A DNA stretch of 38,429 bases. It comes from a virus. A program made the translations under genes and the position numbers. The notes beneath the pieces were generated by a model. The model had not been told where the DNA came from. It worked only from the letters and a program-made list of their open reading frames with translations, and did not search any database. Of the stretch, positions 7,667 to 16,944 are shown one piece after another. Location: IMG/VR virus record IMGVR_UViG_3300022305_000519. One strand, written 5' to 3'. Positions within the stretch are counted from its first letter, which is position 1; each line of letters begins with the position of its first letter.

Positions 7667-9270
7667 TATCGAGCCTCTTTAGGTTGCTGTGCTTGGTAGA
7701 GAATGTTTGAGAGCCAAACAGGATCAATATTTGCTGAGTCCAATAGCCCCCCTGCTCCTCTTGCGCCACGCTGGATAGAGCCCAATCCATAAGCCGCTTC
7801 TCCAACTAAACGAGGGGAAGAAAGCAAAGCCGATCCAGCAGCAGCAGGAAGACCACCTCCAGCCATGTAAGCAAGACCGGCAGTAGGAGCCGCAGCCATA
7901 CGCTGAATGCCACGCGGAGTGAATTCGCTCAGTGCTTGACCTGCGATGCTAGGAATGATCGTTCCTTGCGTATCAATCTGGCGTGCAAGTTCAGTCCTAC
8001 GTCCATAGTTTGTATTGACGTTGTTACGCATAACAGATTGCAGTTTTCGGATTGCTGTATCTGGAGCGGCTTTTTCTCCAAGCGACAATGTGCGCTCAAT
8101 CTCTTTGATGGCTTCGGTTGCTTTGGAATAGTCTTGCATCGTCTTGGCATAAGACGGAGCTTGCATTGCAATCTCGCTCTTGATCGAGTTATAGACTTGC
8201 CCGACTACACGGCGTGCGTTTGTTTCTTGCAGCGGGATAGACTCTCGAATATCACCGATACGCTGTTTTAGCGCATCCAGACCTTCCGGCGTGTGATACT
8301 GTTTAGGGGCAAGGTTTTTCCATGCCTGTACTTCTGATTGCACTTTAGAAAGCGCATCGGCTGCTGTTGGGGCTTTTACTTTGCCTTTGAATGTCACGCT
8401 ATCAATCGCAGAGACTAGAGACTTGTCAATATTGTTAAAGCTCAAAACTGATTTGTCTTTGGTAACGTCAACCATGCCGGATTTGTAATCGGCAGCACGT
8501 TGACGGCCCATCTCTGAAACGCTTTGTTTTGCTTCATCCAGCATATCCAGCATATCCGTCTTGCCGCGCATTGCGCCTTTAAATGCTTGACCAGCATCGC
8601 CACCAGCAGAACCTGCCTTGAATGCCTCTCGCACAGCCTGACCTCCTGCACCAGTCTGTAATCCTGTAAGCTCTGCAATTCCTTTGCCAGTAATAGAAGC
8701 TAATTTCCCTGCGCCTTTTACGGCAAGGTTAAGCGGGTCAATCGCACGCCCAGCAGAAATAACTTTCTGGCCCACGTTAGCCATTCCGGGTGCTTTTGAA
8801 AGAGCCATCCCACCAAGACCCAAGACCGATGACGCATCAGCCATAACGCCTACAGGATCGGTAGCCACGGCCTCTTTAAAACCGTCTTCGCTGCCGTATC
8901 GCTGTTTGTAAAACTGGCCTACAGCATCAGCCTTTTGTCGGCTTACAGGCTCTTCGCCTACCGCCTTAACCAGTCTCTCAGGCAAGGCATTTTGCAATCC
9001 ACCAGCCGCAACATCAAGTAGGTTACGAGCCGTCTGCACAGGGCTTGTAAGACTTTCATAAATTCCACCAAGCATTCGAGCGCCGGAGGAAGGAATATTG
9101 CCTGCGCCTTCGCCTAGAGCTTGTCCCCAAGTGCGTTTGATAGACGGCTTTTCTTGCTCTTGCGGCAGGCTTTGCTGAATCATCGCTTGCGCTTGTTCAG
9201 GCGTAGTTCCTTCCGGCACTTCAAACCGTGCAATTCGACCATCCGGCATTTGGAAACGTGCGACAGGCAT
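7666..9270 (-). CDS. Internal virion or ejection protein candidate (534 aa)
   Basis: Large Ala/Gly/Lys-rich protein. Its size and position are analogous to P22 gp16-type ejection proteins. Positional inference only. Confidence 0.5.
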   Translation of the reverse strand: MPVARFQMPDGRIARFEVPEGTTPEQAQAMIQQSLPQEQEKPSIKRTWGQALGEGAGNIPSSGARMLGGIYESLTSPVQTARNLLDVAAGGLQNALPERLVKAVGEEPVSRQKADAVGQFYKQRYGSEDGFKEAVATDPVGVMADASSVLGLGGMALSKAPGMANVGQKVISAGRAIDPLNLAVKGAGKLASITGKGIAELTGLQTGAGGQAVREAFKAGSAGGDAGQAFKGAMRGKTDMLDMLDEAKQSVSEMGRQRAADYKSGMVDVTKDKSVLSFNNIDKSLVSAIDSVTFKGKVKAPTAADALSKVQSEVQAWKNLAPKQYHTPEGLDALKQRIGDIRESIPLQETNARRVVGQVYNSIKSEIAMQAPSYAKTMQDYSKATEAIKEIERTLSLGEKAAPDTAIRKLQSVMRNNVNTNYGRRTELARQIDTQGTIIPSIAGQALSEFTPRGIQRMAAAPTAGLAYMAGGGLPAAAGSALLSSPRLVGEAAYGLGSIQRGARGAGGLLDSANIDPVWLSNILYQAQQPKEAR

Positions 9271-10469
9271 TATTCAAATCCCAAGAATTTAGCGCCGCCA
9301 GTTGCTTTAGGTGCCATATCAGCAAACAAAGGATTCTTGCTCGAATAGTCGTTTAGTTCTTCGTAGAAACCTTCGTCAATTTGGCCCTTGCGCTTACGGT
9401 AATCCCTCGCCATGCTAGCGATCTTCATATCACGTTTGGCAATTCTCGTTGACGTTTCAATCATCATCTTCCGACCCTCTGGAGTCGTAGCAATGTTAGG
9501 CGTCATCTGTTGCAGAAATTCGCGGTCCTTGTCGGACATAGCGCCCGGCATACCAGCACCACCAGCAGGATTGCGAAGCTGCAAAGCCATTTCACTAGAC
9601 AAAGCCCGTGCAGCCTCTTTGTTAGGCATGTTCGGATCAATGTTGAAACCAGCGGCAGCGGCAGTTTTCGCCACTTCCAAACCAATGTCAGAAAATTTCC
9701 CTGTGTTCACGCCATCAAGCAACTGACCCAAACGGTTGAAACGGTCAATCGTCCTTTGCGCTGTAAACCCTGCACCTTGAATGTTTGCATACTGTTCGCC
9801 AAACATTTCACCGACTTTTTTAGCCTCTGCTTTTTCCTGACCAATGGTTACGCTGTTTTGCGGAGCGCCAGCACGCTTTAGAGACTGCTGATAAGCTGCA
9901 AAGGCAGGGTTTTGCTGTGCGTAGTTGAAATTATCAATCTCAGACGATTCTTTAGGAATCGCCATAACTTGCTTGCCATTCTGATAAACAACGTCACCCG
10001 GCTTGTAAACCTCTTTCTTAGGCAAAGTACTTTGGTAGATGCTTTGGAAGTTAGCCACAGCATCAGGAGACATGCCCATTTGAATGGCTCTTACAGGATC
10101 AAATTTTCCAGGCGTTTGCATTGCAGGCGCATCAACTTGCGGCAGACCCATTGCATTCATGGATACTTGCGGCTCTGATACTTGCGGTCCGGTCATCCGT
10201 GCAAACACATCTTTGTTTGTTTGCTGTTGCGCTACCTGCTGGCGCATTTGCTGCATTTGCAGATCACGCAATTCCTGCGCTTTGGCAAGTTGCGACATTT
10301 GAGATTGACGATCAAGCGCACCGCCATAGCCAGACAATCCAGCCAATCCAGCGCGGCCAAGGCTGTTCAAAGGTTGACCTTGACGCGCACCAGCCAAGCC
10401 GCCAAAGGTAGCAGCAAGCAAGCCTTGTCCTTCTGGAGTCTTGAGGAAGTCTAGCAGTCCATCAGCCAT
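9270..10469 (-). CDS. Internal virion or ejection protein candidate (399 aa)
   Basis: Gln/Met/Gly-rich N-terminal half. Translationally coupled to both flanking genes. Positional analogy to P22 gp20. Confidence 0.5.
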   Translation of the reverse strand: MADGLLDFLKTPEGQGLLAATFGGLAGARQGQPLNSLGRAGLAGLSGYGGALDRQSQMSQLAKAQELRDLQMQQMRQQVAQQQTNKDVFARMTGPQVSEPQVSMNAMGLPQVDAPAMQTPGKFDPVRAIQMGMSPDAVANFQSIYQSTLPKKEVYKPGDVVYQNGKQVMAIPKESSEIDNFNYAQQNPAFAAYQQSLKRAGAPQNSVTIGQEKAEAKKVGEMFGEQYANIQGAGFTAQRTIDRFNRLGQLLDGVNTGKFSDIGLEVAKTAAAAGFNIDPNMPNKEAARALSSEMALQLRNPAGGAGMPGAMSDKDREFLQQMTPNIATTPEGRKMMIETSTRIAKRDMKIASMARDYRKRKGQIDEGFYEELNDYSSKNPLFADMAPKATGGAKFLGFE

Positions 10470-10944
10470 ATTGACGCCCCATCATCTGTTGAATCATTTG
10501 CTGATTAGCCATCCTGCGCTTTAGCTGCTCTTGCATCGTTTGATCAATGCCTTGCTGTCCAGCTTGTAGCAGTCCTTGAATCTCCTGATTCTGTGATACT
10601 TGCTGCGGCATCATTTGCGGAGCTTGCATAGGCTGTTCATTGCCTCCAAGCAAACCATTTGCCATATTGGCAGCACTAAGTGCAGTCATTGCAGGTTGAG
10701 CGTATCCGGCAGCAGTTTTAAGGCCACCAAGCAGACCGCCAGTTTGAGCAGCAGTACCAGCAGTAGCGCCTGCAGTGCTTGCACCAGCAGCACCTGCACC
10801 AGCAGCACCAGCACCCATTAGGTAAGGAGCAGCCACCATACCACCAGCACCAAGACCGGCGCCCATCAATGCGCCTTGTAGCGGCTTACGTCGATTAAGC
10901 AGTGCCCCGCCTACAGCACCAGCAAGAGGAAGCATCCAAAGCAT
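10462..10944 (-). CDS. Gly/Ala-rich membrane-active virion protein candidate (160 aa)
   Basis: Long GxxxG/Ala-rich hydrophobic stretch, then a Gln/Met-rich tail (QAPQMMPQQVSQNQEIQ...). Confidence 0.5.
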   Translation of the reverse strand: MLWMLPLAGAVGGALLNRRKPLQGALMGAGLGAGGMVAAPYLMGAGAAGAGAAGASTAGATAGTAAQTGGLLGGLKTAAGYAQPAMTALSAANMANGLLGGNEQPMQAPQMMPQQVSQNQEIQGLLQAGQQGIDQTMQEQLKRRMANQQMIQQMMGRQYG

Positions 10945-11627
10945 TATTTACCCCCGCCTGATTGCGTTGTAGTCTGGTTCATGCCCATGTTTGAGCTGAA
11001 CGGAGCAGCCATTGCAGACAATTGCTTGTACGGCATGTTTTGCTGTTCTTGGAATTGCTGATAGTTGAAATCAAGCCCTTGTTGTCCTTGGTTCTGCTGC
11101 ATCTGACCGACATTCAAAAGCTGGGCCGCATCCTGGTATGCAAGGTTTCCGAATTGAGGAGCCATTCCGATAGACTGCATCTGGCGCGACTTGTCTTGGT
11201 CGTATGCTTGTCCATACATCTGGCTAGAAACGTCTCCAAGGCCCTTAACTAGCTGCTCTTGTACTCCGCTATTGCCGAAGCTTCCAGAGCCTGCCATGGC
11301 TTGATTCGCTTGGCCTACAACATTTTGCTGGGCACGCTGCACCATCGAGTCAAGGAACGGATTTGTCTGGCCACCTTGAATATTCTGCTGAAGAGCAGTC
11401 GTAGCCATTTGCGTAGTAGGATCACCACTTTGTGCGCGGCCTTGAATCATCCCAAACGCTTGGTTTTGAGTTGGATTGAAATCTTCGTATCGCTGCGATG
11501 AGTAAGGCGTAAAGGCCTGATTGCCAAGCGTCATTGCCTTGGAGGCATATGCTTTGGCAAGAGGCTTTAGTTCCTCTGGAATACTTGTTTGCGTACTTTG
11601 CGTGCCGCCGCCACCACCACCGGACAT
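10944..11627 (-). CDS. Gln-rich virion protein candidate (227 aa)
   Basis: Internal ATG (MSGGGGGGTQ...) placed 1 nt after the GNAT stop, with GAGGTG upstream. The tracked ORF starts at 11672. Confidence 0.55.
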   Translation of the reverse strand: MSGGGGGGTQSTQTSIPEELKPLAKAYASKAMTLGNQAFTPYSSQRYEDFNPTQNQAFGMIQGRAQSGDPTTQMATTALQQNIQGGQTNPFLDSMVQRAQQNVVGQANQAMAGSGSFGNSGVQEQLVKGLGDVSSQMYGQAYDQDKSRQMQSIGMAPQFGNLAYQDAAQLLNVGQMQQNQGQQGLDFNYQQFQEQQNMPYKQLSAMAAPFSSNMGMNQTTTQSGGGK

Positions 11628-11628
11628 A

Positions 11629-12036
11629 TTACACCTCTGTTTCCATGATTTGATAAACTGGCTTGAACCCACTTTTCATGGAATAGAGCCGCGCCTGTGC
11701 TGGCTTTGCAGCGCACCTAACGCGAGAACATCCGAGGGCTCTTGCCATCTGTGTTAGCTGGCCGTAGAACCGCTCAAAGTGGCTATTTGGAGCCACCATG
11801 TCAGTAACGAACAAAACTCGGATATTCGGCAATTGATCAACCCTGACCACGCCCCACCCGACCGTTTCTCCGTCCTCTGACATTTGAATCAGCGTCCTCT
11901 CTCCACGAGAGAGAATAAGTTTTAGCTGATCTCCTGTTATCTCACCGCCTGAAACCTCACAGGCTTTACTTAAACAATCAGCCCCTTCACGCCATGCAAA
12001 ATCAATATGACTGGCTTGAATTGGCTTTAATTCCAT
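11629..12036 (-). CDS. GNAT-like acetyltransferase-fold protein (135 aa)
   Basis: The C-terminal ...ARALGCSRVRCAAKPAQARLYSMKSGFKPV resembles the GNAT A..LY.k.GF block. The canonical R/QxxGxG motif is not evident. Confidence 0.45.
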   Translation of the reverse strand: MELKPIQASHIDFAWREGADCLSKACEVSGGEITGDQLKLILSRGERTLIQMSEDGETVGWGVVRVDQLPNIRVLFVTDMVAPNSHFERFYGQLTQMARALGCSRVRCAAKPAQARLYSMKSGFKPVYQIMETEV

Positions 12037-12094
12037 TGATATTGCTTAGTTGATAGTAATTTTATATGATTGATATTGACAATGCAAGTATTTG

Positions 12095-13555
12095 CTATCG
12101 CTCTCCAGCAGGCTTAATAATTGGCCGGATATGGGTTACTTTCACATTCCCAGTAAAGTTAATTGATACGCTATGCCAATATGCCTCTTGCATCGTGTCA
12201 AACTTGTTATCTGCAATAAATACTGTTTCTCCTGTAGATGGAGAATCTCCGCTGGAATCCTTGTGATAGAAAGTTGCGCTTGCGGTAGTTGGCGAAAATG
12301 TCTCAGGGAATCTAAGGCGAAGCTGTGTCAGTAACGATCTACCATCATCATCCCCTGCATCACCAGTTGTAAAGCTCGAAGCGCCAGCAGCACCAGTAAG
12401 CAATTGAAGCTGATGCGATGTGTTGAAAACTGACAAAGCAGAGCCACCACTCAACCAATATTGCGAGTCATAGGAAATATCCGGCAGTGCGTCATAACTT
12501 GCCCCAAAGCTACTCCAAGTATCGTAAGTAGCGCCAGAGGAAACATACTGTACAGCAGCCTCAATAGACCTATCTGCCTTGCCCCATTGCTTAGTTACTA
12601 CGTGATAAACAAGCGCACTATTACAAGTGGTCGAACTGCTGGACGGATAGAAAATCCATACTCTGTTATTTTGACGGTCGAACACGCATTTAATTTTTGA
12701 TTTGAATGATGCGTTTACATTGTCAAAAAACCATTGCCTTACAGTGTCATCTGCTGCAGGAATAGGACGCGATCCGTCAAACATCCAGATATTGTCATCT
12801 CCTACAAAGAAATGGACGCCGCCAATATCGCAGATAGCCTCTTTCCCTACGCATCCAGCCTCACCGCCTGGAACTAGACGCCAGTCCCACACTGTAGTGC
12901 CGCCAATGTACTGTCCGAGATAGATGGACTTGAGTTTATAGGCGATTGCATAGTCACCAAGCCTAGCTCCAGCAGTGATGATTCCAGACGTATCAACTAG
13001 CTGACCGGATGCCGCTTGAGTTGTTACGGATGGAGTCCAGCTAGTTTCATCAAATGTTGCACAGTTATGCCAACCGTCAGGCTTATCAGTACCATCATTC
13101 GTGTTAAGCGCCATCACAAAAGCGCCAACAGAAAACACTATTTCAGCTTTTGGAGCGCCTGAAACATCAGCGAAAGCACCACTAGTGCTACTGCGCTGCA
13201 TAGCGTCTGTTTTGTTTACTGCAATGGTTGCATTGCCAAATTGAGTAAATGCCCAGCGAGTATCAGAACCACCAGTATAGTTGCCCCCACTTGCGCGGGT
13301 TACATCAGCCCATGAGCCTGAACTAAGTTCATATAGTTTTGTGGTAGTACCTGCGAATACTCGACGCGATCCACTGCGAATAGTGACAATGGATGTGCCG
13401 ATACACTCAGCAGCCAAAGCCGGAACATCTGCCGGAGTTGAGTTAGATGGCCCTGCCTGCATCCCATTACGATACGGGACAAAGTTTGTGCAGTCAGTTA
13501 TTACACCAGGAGTTGTCCGCTCAAGATCGGGAGAAAAACCGAGCAAAGGAATCAT
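12095..13555 (-). CDS. Tail hub or nozzle protein candidate (486 aa)
   Basis: Beta-rich, propeller-like sequence. Its size and position are analogous to P22 gp10 or tail tubular protein B. Confidence 0.55.
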   Translation of the reverse strand: MIPLLGFSPDLERTTPGVITDCTNFVPYRNGMQAGPSNSTPADVPALAAECIGTSIVTIRSGSRRVFAGTTTKLYELSSGSWADVTRASGGNYTGGSDTRWAFTQFGNATIAVNKTDAMQRSSTSGAFADVSGAPKAEIVFSVGAFVMALNTNDGTDKPDGWHNCATFDETSWTPSVTTQAASGQLVDTSGIITAGARLGDYAIAYKLKSIYLGQYIGGTTVWDWRLVPGGEAGCVGKEAICDIGGVHFFVGDDNIWMFDGSRPIPAADDTVRQWFFDNVNASFKSKIKCVFDRQNNRVWIFYPSSSSTTCNSALVYHVVTKQWGKADRSIEAAVQYVSSGATYDTWSSFGASYDALPDISYDSQYWLSGGSALSVFNTSHQLQLLTGAAGASSFTTGDAGDDDGRSLLTQLRLRFPETFSPTTASATFYHKDSSGDSPSTGETVFIADNKFDTMQEAYWHSVSINFTGNVKVTHIRPIIKPAGER

Positions 13556-14145
13556 GCAGGCCTCACCTGAAGACTGGCACCGTATTTACGCTGGTTATTG
13601 TCTCGTACAATCCTGTCAATCGCTTGCTCGTATGCTGCTTGCCTGACCTGAGCATTTGCAGGATCACGCGCAAAAATGAAAAGCTGCGTCATAGTTCCAT
13701 GCAGATAAGCATCAGGATATTTAGTGATAATTGCGTTTGTCGCGTTAGACCCGCTAAGTCCGGTAAAAGATGCCATGTAGTTGATCACAGCACTACCATC
13801 AAGCGTAGAGCTAAGAACAATGTTTGTGCCTTTGATGGTGTAGAAGTTAGGAAGATTTGATGTAAGGATGATTGCATCAAACTTATCTGGTGTGATGTAT
13901 TGCATTGGCCGCTTGTAGTCACCAGACCAATATACATTTCGCATTCCTCGATAGTCGCTAGGAAGTGCGGCAACACCAGCAGTAACTGTAAGCGTGCTGG
14001 TGCCTTCAAAATCTACGTTCTTCAGGCGGACTTGCATATCAGCTTCACAAAGCTGGATGAAGTTAGGAATATCGCTTGTCAGGTCAGAACGGAATGAATG
14101 ACGAGTTACAGCCGTGACTAGCTCTGAATATGTGGAAATGCTCAT
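13552..14145 (-). CDS. Head-to-tail adaptor or tail tubular A-like protein candidate (197 aa)
   Basis: Position immediately upstream of the hub-like gene, translational coupling, and size comparable with podovirus adaptor proteins. Confidence 0.5.
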   Translation of the reverse strand: MSISTYSELVTAVTRHSFRSDLTSDIPNFIQLCEADMQVRLKNVDFEGTSTLTVTAGVAALPSDYRGMRNVYWSGDYKRPMQYITPDKFDAIILTSNLPNFYTIKGTNIVLSSTLDGSAVINYMASFTGLSGSNATNAIITKYPDAYLHGTMTQLFIFARDPANAQVRQAAYEQAIDRIVRDNNQRKYGASLQVRPA

Positions 14146-14693
14146 TTCGCCTTCACCAATACGTTAAAGCCGTTGGGTGTGGCTTGGAATGACTGCAACT
14201 TAAAACGCTGCATGATCTTTGGCAGCCACCAGTCGGATGATTTTTGAATCAAGTGTGCGTTGCGGCCATCTGATAGAACCTTCTTTGCCGGTCCGGTGTG
14301 TACCGTGAAAAATCCCCATTTCTCAGTGAGCATCATCAGGTCGTCTAGCACGTTATCCAAAAGCTCCGGCTCGATATGCTCCAGCACATCAATGCTTACT
14401 ACTAAATCGGCTGGCTCTTTTCCCGAGAATTCAGGTACTCCTGGGTCATATCCTAGATACTCACAGTCACGCTCTACCTTGAGCACTTTCAGCAGATTAC
14501 GCATAGACCCACAGCCGTAATCAAGCATAGTATTGCACTCCAGCCGGTCAACTAGGTCAGAGACAATATTGCCATATTGCAGACTTGCAGTGCCGTAGTT
14601 TCCTTTGGCGTGCAGTGATTCCTGCTCTTTGCGGTAGTCTGGAGAAATTAGCATAATGTTATTGAATGACCTTATGGAAATCAAATCCCGCAA
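14142..14693 (-). CDS. Class I SAM-dependent methyltransferase
   Basis: Motif I MLDYGCGSM, followed by YLGYDP and ADLVVSIDVLEHIEPE (Methyltransf_11/23-like). The tracked start is TTG at 14693; an ATG alternative lies at 14654. Confidence 0.75.
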   Translation of the reverse strand: MRDLISIRSFNNIMLISPDYRKEQESLHAKGNYGTASLQYGNIVSDLVDRLECNTMLDYGCGSMRNLLKVLKVERDCEYLGYDPGVPEFSGKEPADLVVSIDVLEHIEPELLDNVLDDLMMLTEKWGFFTVHTGPAKKVLSDGRNAHLIQKSSDWWLPKIMQRFKLQSFQATPNGFNVLVKAK

Positions 14694-15997
14694 ATAGTTG
14701 GATTATCTTTGAGTCTTAGAATAGTGTTATTCCAAGTCTCTCCATTACGCTGTCTGAATAGTTTTGCGCTATTGTACCAAGGGAACTGATTAGCGTAAAG
14801 CCATAATGTCTGATCTGGCACTAGGATGACGCCAGGAACGCCCAAAGCGCCTGCCAAGTGGTGTACTGAGGTATGCACTCCGATAACCATGTCTAGGGCT
14901 GCTACAAGCCCTGCTGTGTCGTCATAGTCATCCGTCATCGTGGCGCGTTTCCAGTGCTTTACCGGAAGACCAGACGCGGCTATTTCATCGTTCGGGTCTT
15001 TATACTGTAGGCTAACCCATGTGATTTCTGGGTGTGCCTCAATCAGCGGCCTAAATGCCTCTAGGCCAATTGCCCGTGCTTCTCGCTTATTGTGTTTTGA
15101 TCCACCCGACCATGCAATGCCGATAGATTTGCCTTTTAGCACAGCTTTCCACTGTTCTACGCGCTCGTGATCAGCTTTCAGGTATGGCGTTCCAGGGAAT
15201 GATGCTGCAGAACGACGAAAGAATTTAGGCAGAGTACCAATAGAACAGCGACCATCAAAATGATATTTGTCCAACCAATCCACAGCCTCACGGCGGGTGC
15301 CATATACATCAACATTCGGAAATGATCGGCGGAATAGTCCTTCTAGTCTCTTATCACACTCTAGAACAACTTTATTATCTTTTGCAACATCTTGCAAACA
15401 GCTTGCATACATCACTTCATCGCCGAGACCTTGTTCACCATAGACAATCAGCGTCTTACCCGGCATTCCATTCCAGCGCGATTCATCCTGATACTGCGTT
15501 TCCTTGCGAAACTTGCCACCTAGCAGGGCCTCGTAATTGTCCCACCCTGTCGCCCAATCGTTGACGGCAAGGGACGCCATAGCAAGCACGGAGCGCCCCG
15601 CTGTAGGGTCGATCTGACGCGCTTTGTTAGCCCACTCGATAGCCTGTTTGTAGTCTTGGGTACTGAGATAGCAGTTACCGATGTTGGATGCGTAGTTTGC
15701 ACGCTTATCAAGGTGCCATGCCTTGCGAAACATTTTCATGGCCTCAGTGTGCATTTTCATGCCTTCGTAAGCCATGCCAAGGTTATTCCATGCCTCGGAC
15801 TTCTCAGGGCGAATATCAGTTACTCGCTTGAATATGTGACTCGCCATGCCAAAGCGCTCGGCTTCAGCATAAATTTGCCCAATCAGGAAAAGGGCTAAAG
15901 AGTCATTAGGATTTTTGTCTAACAGTGCAGCGCATTCGTGTACTGCTTTATCAGGGTCTTGCTTAGACAGTTCCTGAAGGTCTGTGTAAATGCCCAA
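14681..15997 (-). CDS. TPR-repeat protein fused to a GT-B, family-9-like (heptosyltransferase-like) glycosyltransferase domain
   Basis: N-terminal TPR units (ALFLIGQIYAEAERFGMA.., AWNNLGMAYEGMKMHTEA.., SNIGNCYLSTQDYKQAIEW). C-terminal blocks LIVYGEQGLGDEVMYASCL and DDTAGLVAALDMVIGVHTSVHHLAGALGVPGVILVP resemble GT9 signatures. Confidence 0.7.
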   Translation of the reverse strand: MGIYTDLQELSKQDPDKAVHECAALLDKNPNDSLALFLIGQIYAEAERFGMASHIFKRVTDIRPEKSEAWNNLGMAYEGMKMHTEAMKMFRKAWHLDKRANYASNIGNCYLSTQDYKQAIEWANKARQIDPTAGRSVLAMASLAVNDWATGWDNYEALLGGKFRKETQYQDESRWNGMPGKTLIVYGEQGLGDEVMYASCLQDVAKDNKVVLECDKRLEGLFRRSFPNVDVYGTRREAVDWLDKYHFDGRCSIGTLPKFFRRSAASFPGTPYLKADHERVEQWKAVLKGKSIGIAWSGGSKHNKREARAIGLEAFRPLIEAHPEITWVSLQYKDPNDEIAASGLPVKHWKRATMTDDYDDTAGLVAALDMVIGVHTSVHHLAGALGVPGVILVPDQTLWLYANQFPWYNSAKLFRQRNGETWNNTILRLKDNPTICGI

Positions 15998-16327
15998 TTA
16001 GATTTTGCCTTTAGTGGTGAAGCAATGCCCGTACTTGTCTCGGTTGCGTGCTAGGAATTTACGCAGTTCCTTGGCTGGCTGAGAGTATGGATTGAATTTA
16101 TCTTCAACCATCATTTTAAGACAATCTGCCTCTGACAAGTGGATACAGTGCCAAAAATTATTCTTGATGCCGTTTTTGCTGTATTCGTCAGACTCTCGCA
16201 AGTCTTTATTCCATTGGTGCGCTGCGCTTGTATTCTGCGTATAGCGAACCTTCATCTTTCCATCTTCAAAGCCAATGTCTGTGACAAGGCCGGTAATGGG
16301 GTCAATATTTCTGTCTACGATTGCCAT
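15998..16327 (-). CDS. Hypothetical protein (109 aa)
   Basis: The ATG at 16327 overlaps the HNH stop (TAATG). The tracked ORF extends to 16342. Confidence 0.6.
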   Translation of the reverse strand: MAIVDRNIDPITGLVTDIGFEDGKMKVRYTQNTSAAHQWNKDLRESDEYSKNGIKNNFWHCIHLSEADCLKMMVEDKFNPYSQPAKELRKFLARNRDKYGHCFTTKGKI

Positions 16328-16899
16328 TATGCGTCCTTCCAAGTTCTGCCGCGACGTATTCTAAGCACAGTCGATATATGTAGGCTATATTTTTCAGCGT
16401 AATACTTTGCTTTGATGTGATTATTATCTCGTATTTCTCTAGCTTGCTCTGCTGTTATTTTTGCCTTTGGGTTATTTTCTCCTACATGAATAGGAGGTTT
16501 GATAAACCTGTTTTTGTCCATCGCATCATGCGTGTTTTCTTTGGCAGTACCAAATCTAAGATGATCTGGGTTCACGCACGAAGGATTGTCGCAAGAATGC
16601 AAGATGTACATTCCATCTGGTATCTCGCCTTTATGAATTTTGTAGCTCAGACGATGGGACATTTCTTTACCATCTTTCTTGCTACCAAGTCCAATAGTCC
16701 CATAACCGTTTAAAGTCTTTGCCCCAGTCCAAATCCAACAATCTGAAGTTTTATCAACGAACTTCCAGAATCTTACTTCTACCGATGTGCGTTTCCTCGC
16801 TACCAAATCAGTAGTGCCATTGCGAAAAAGTCTCCCGTAGTGCTTTCGGCATAAACCTTTTGCAACTACGGGAGACTCGCAACCTTCGATAGAACACAT
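16327..16899 (-). CDS. HNH homing-type endonuclease
   Basis: N-terminal Zn-ribbon CSIEGCESPVVAKGLCRKHYGRL, then WIWTGAKTLNGYGTIG and HSCDNPSCVNPDHLRFGTAKENTHDA (HNH_3-type). AAGGA lies upstream of the ATG at 16899; the tracked ORF starts at 16938. Confidence 0.85.
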   Translation of the reverse strand: MCSIEGCESPVVAKGLCRKHYGRLFRNGTTDLVARKRTSVEVRFWKFVDKTSDCWIWTGAKTLNGYGTIGLGSKKDGKEMSHRLSYKIHKGEIPDGMYILHSCDNPSCVNPDHLRFGTAKENTHDAMDKNRFIKPPIHVGENNPKAKITAEQAREIRDNNHIKAKYYAEKYSLHISTVLRIRRGRTWKDA

Positions 16900-16944
16900 G
16901 GTAATCCTTGGAGTTTTTACACCCCAAGTATACCACAATTCTAT

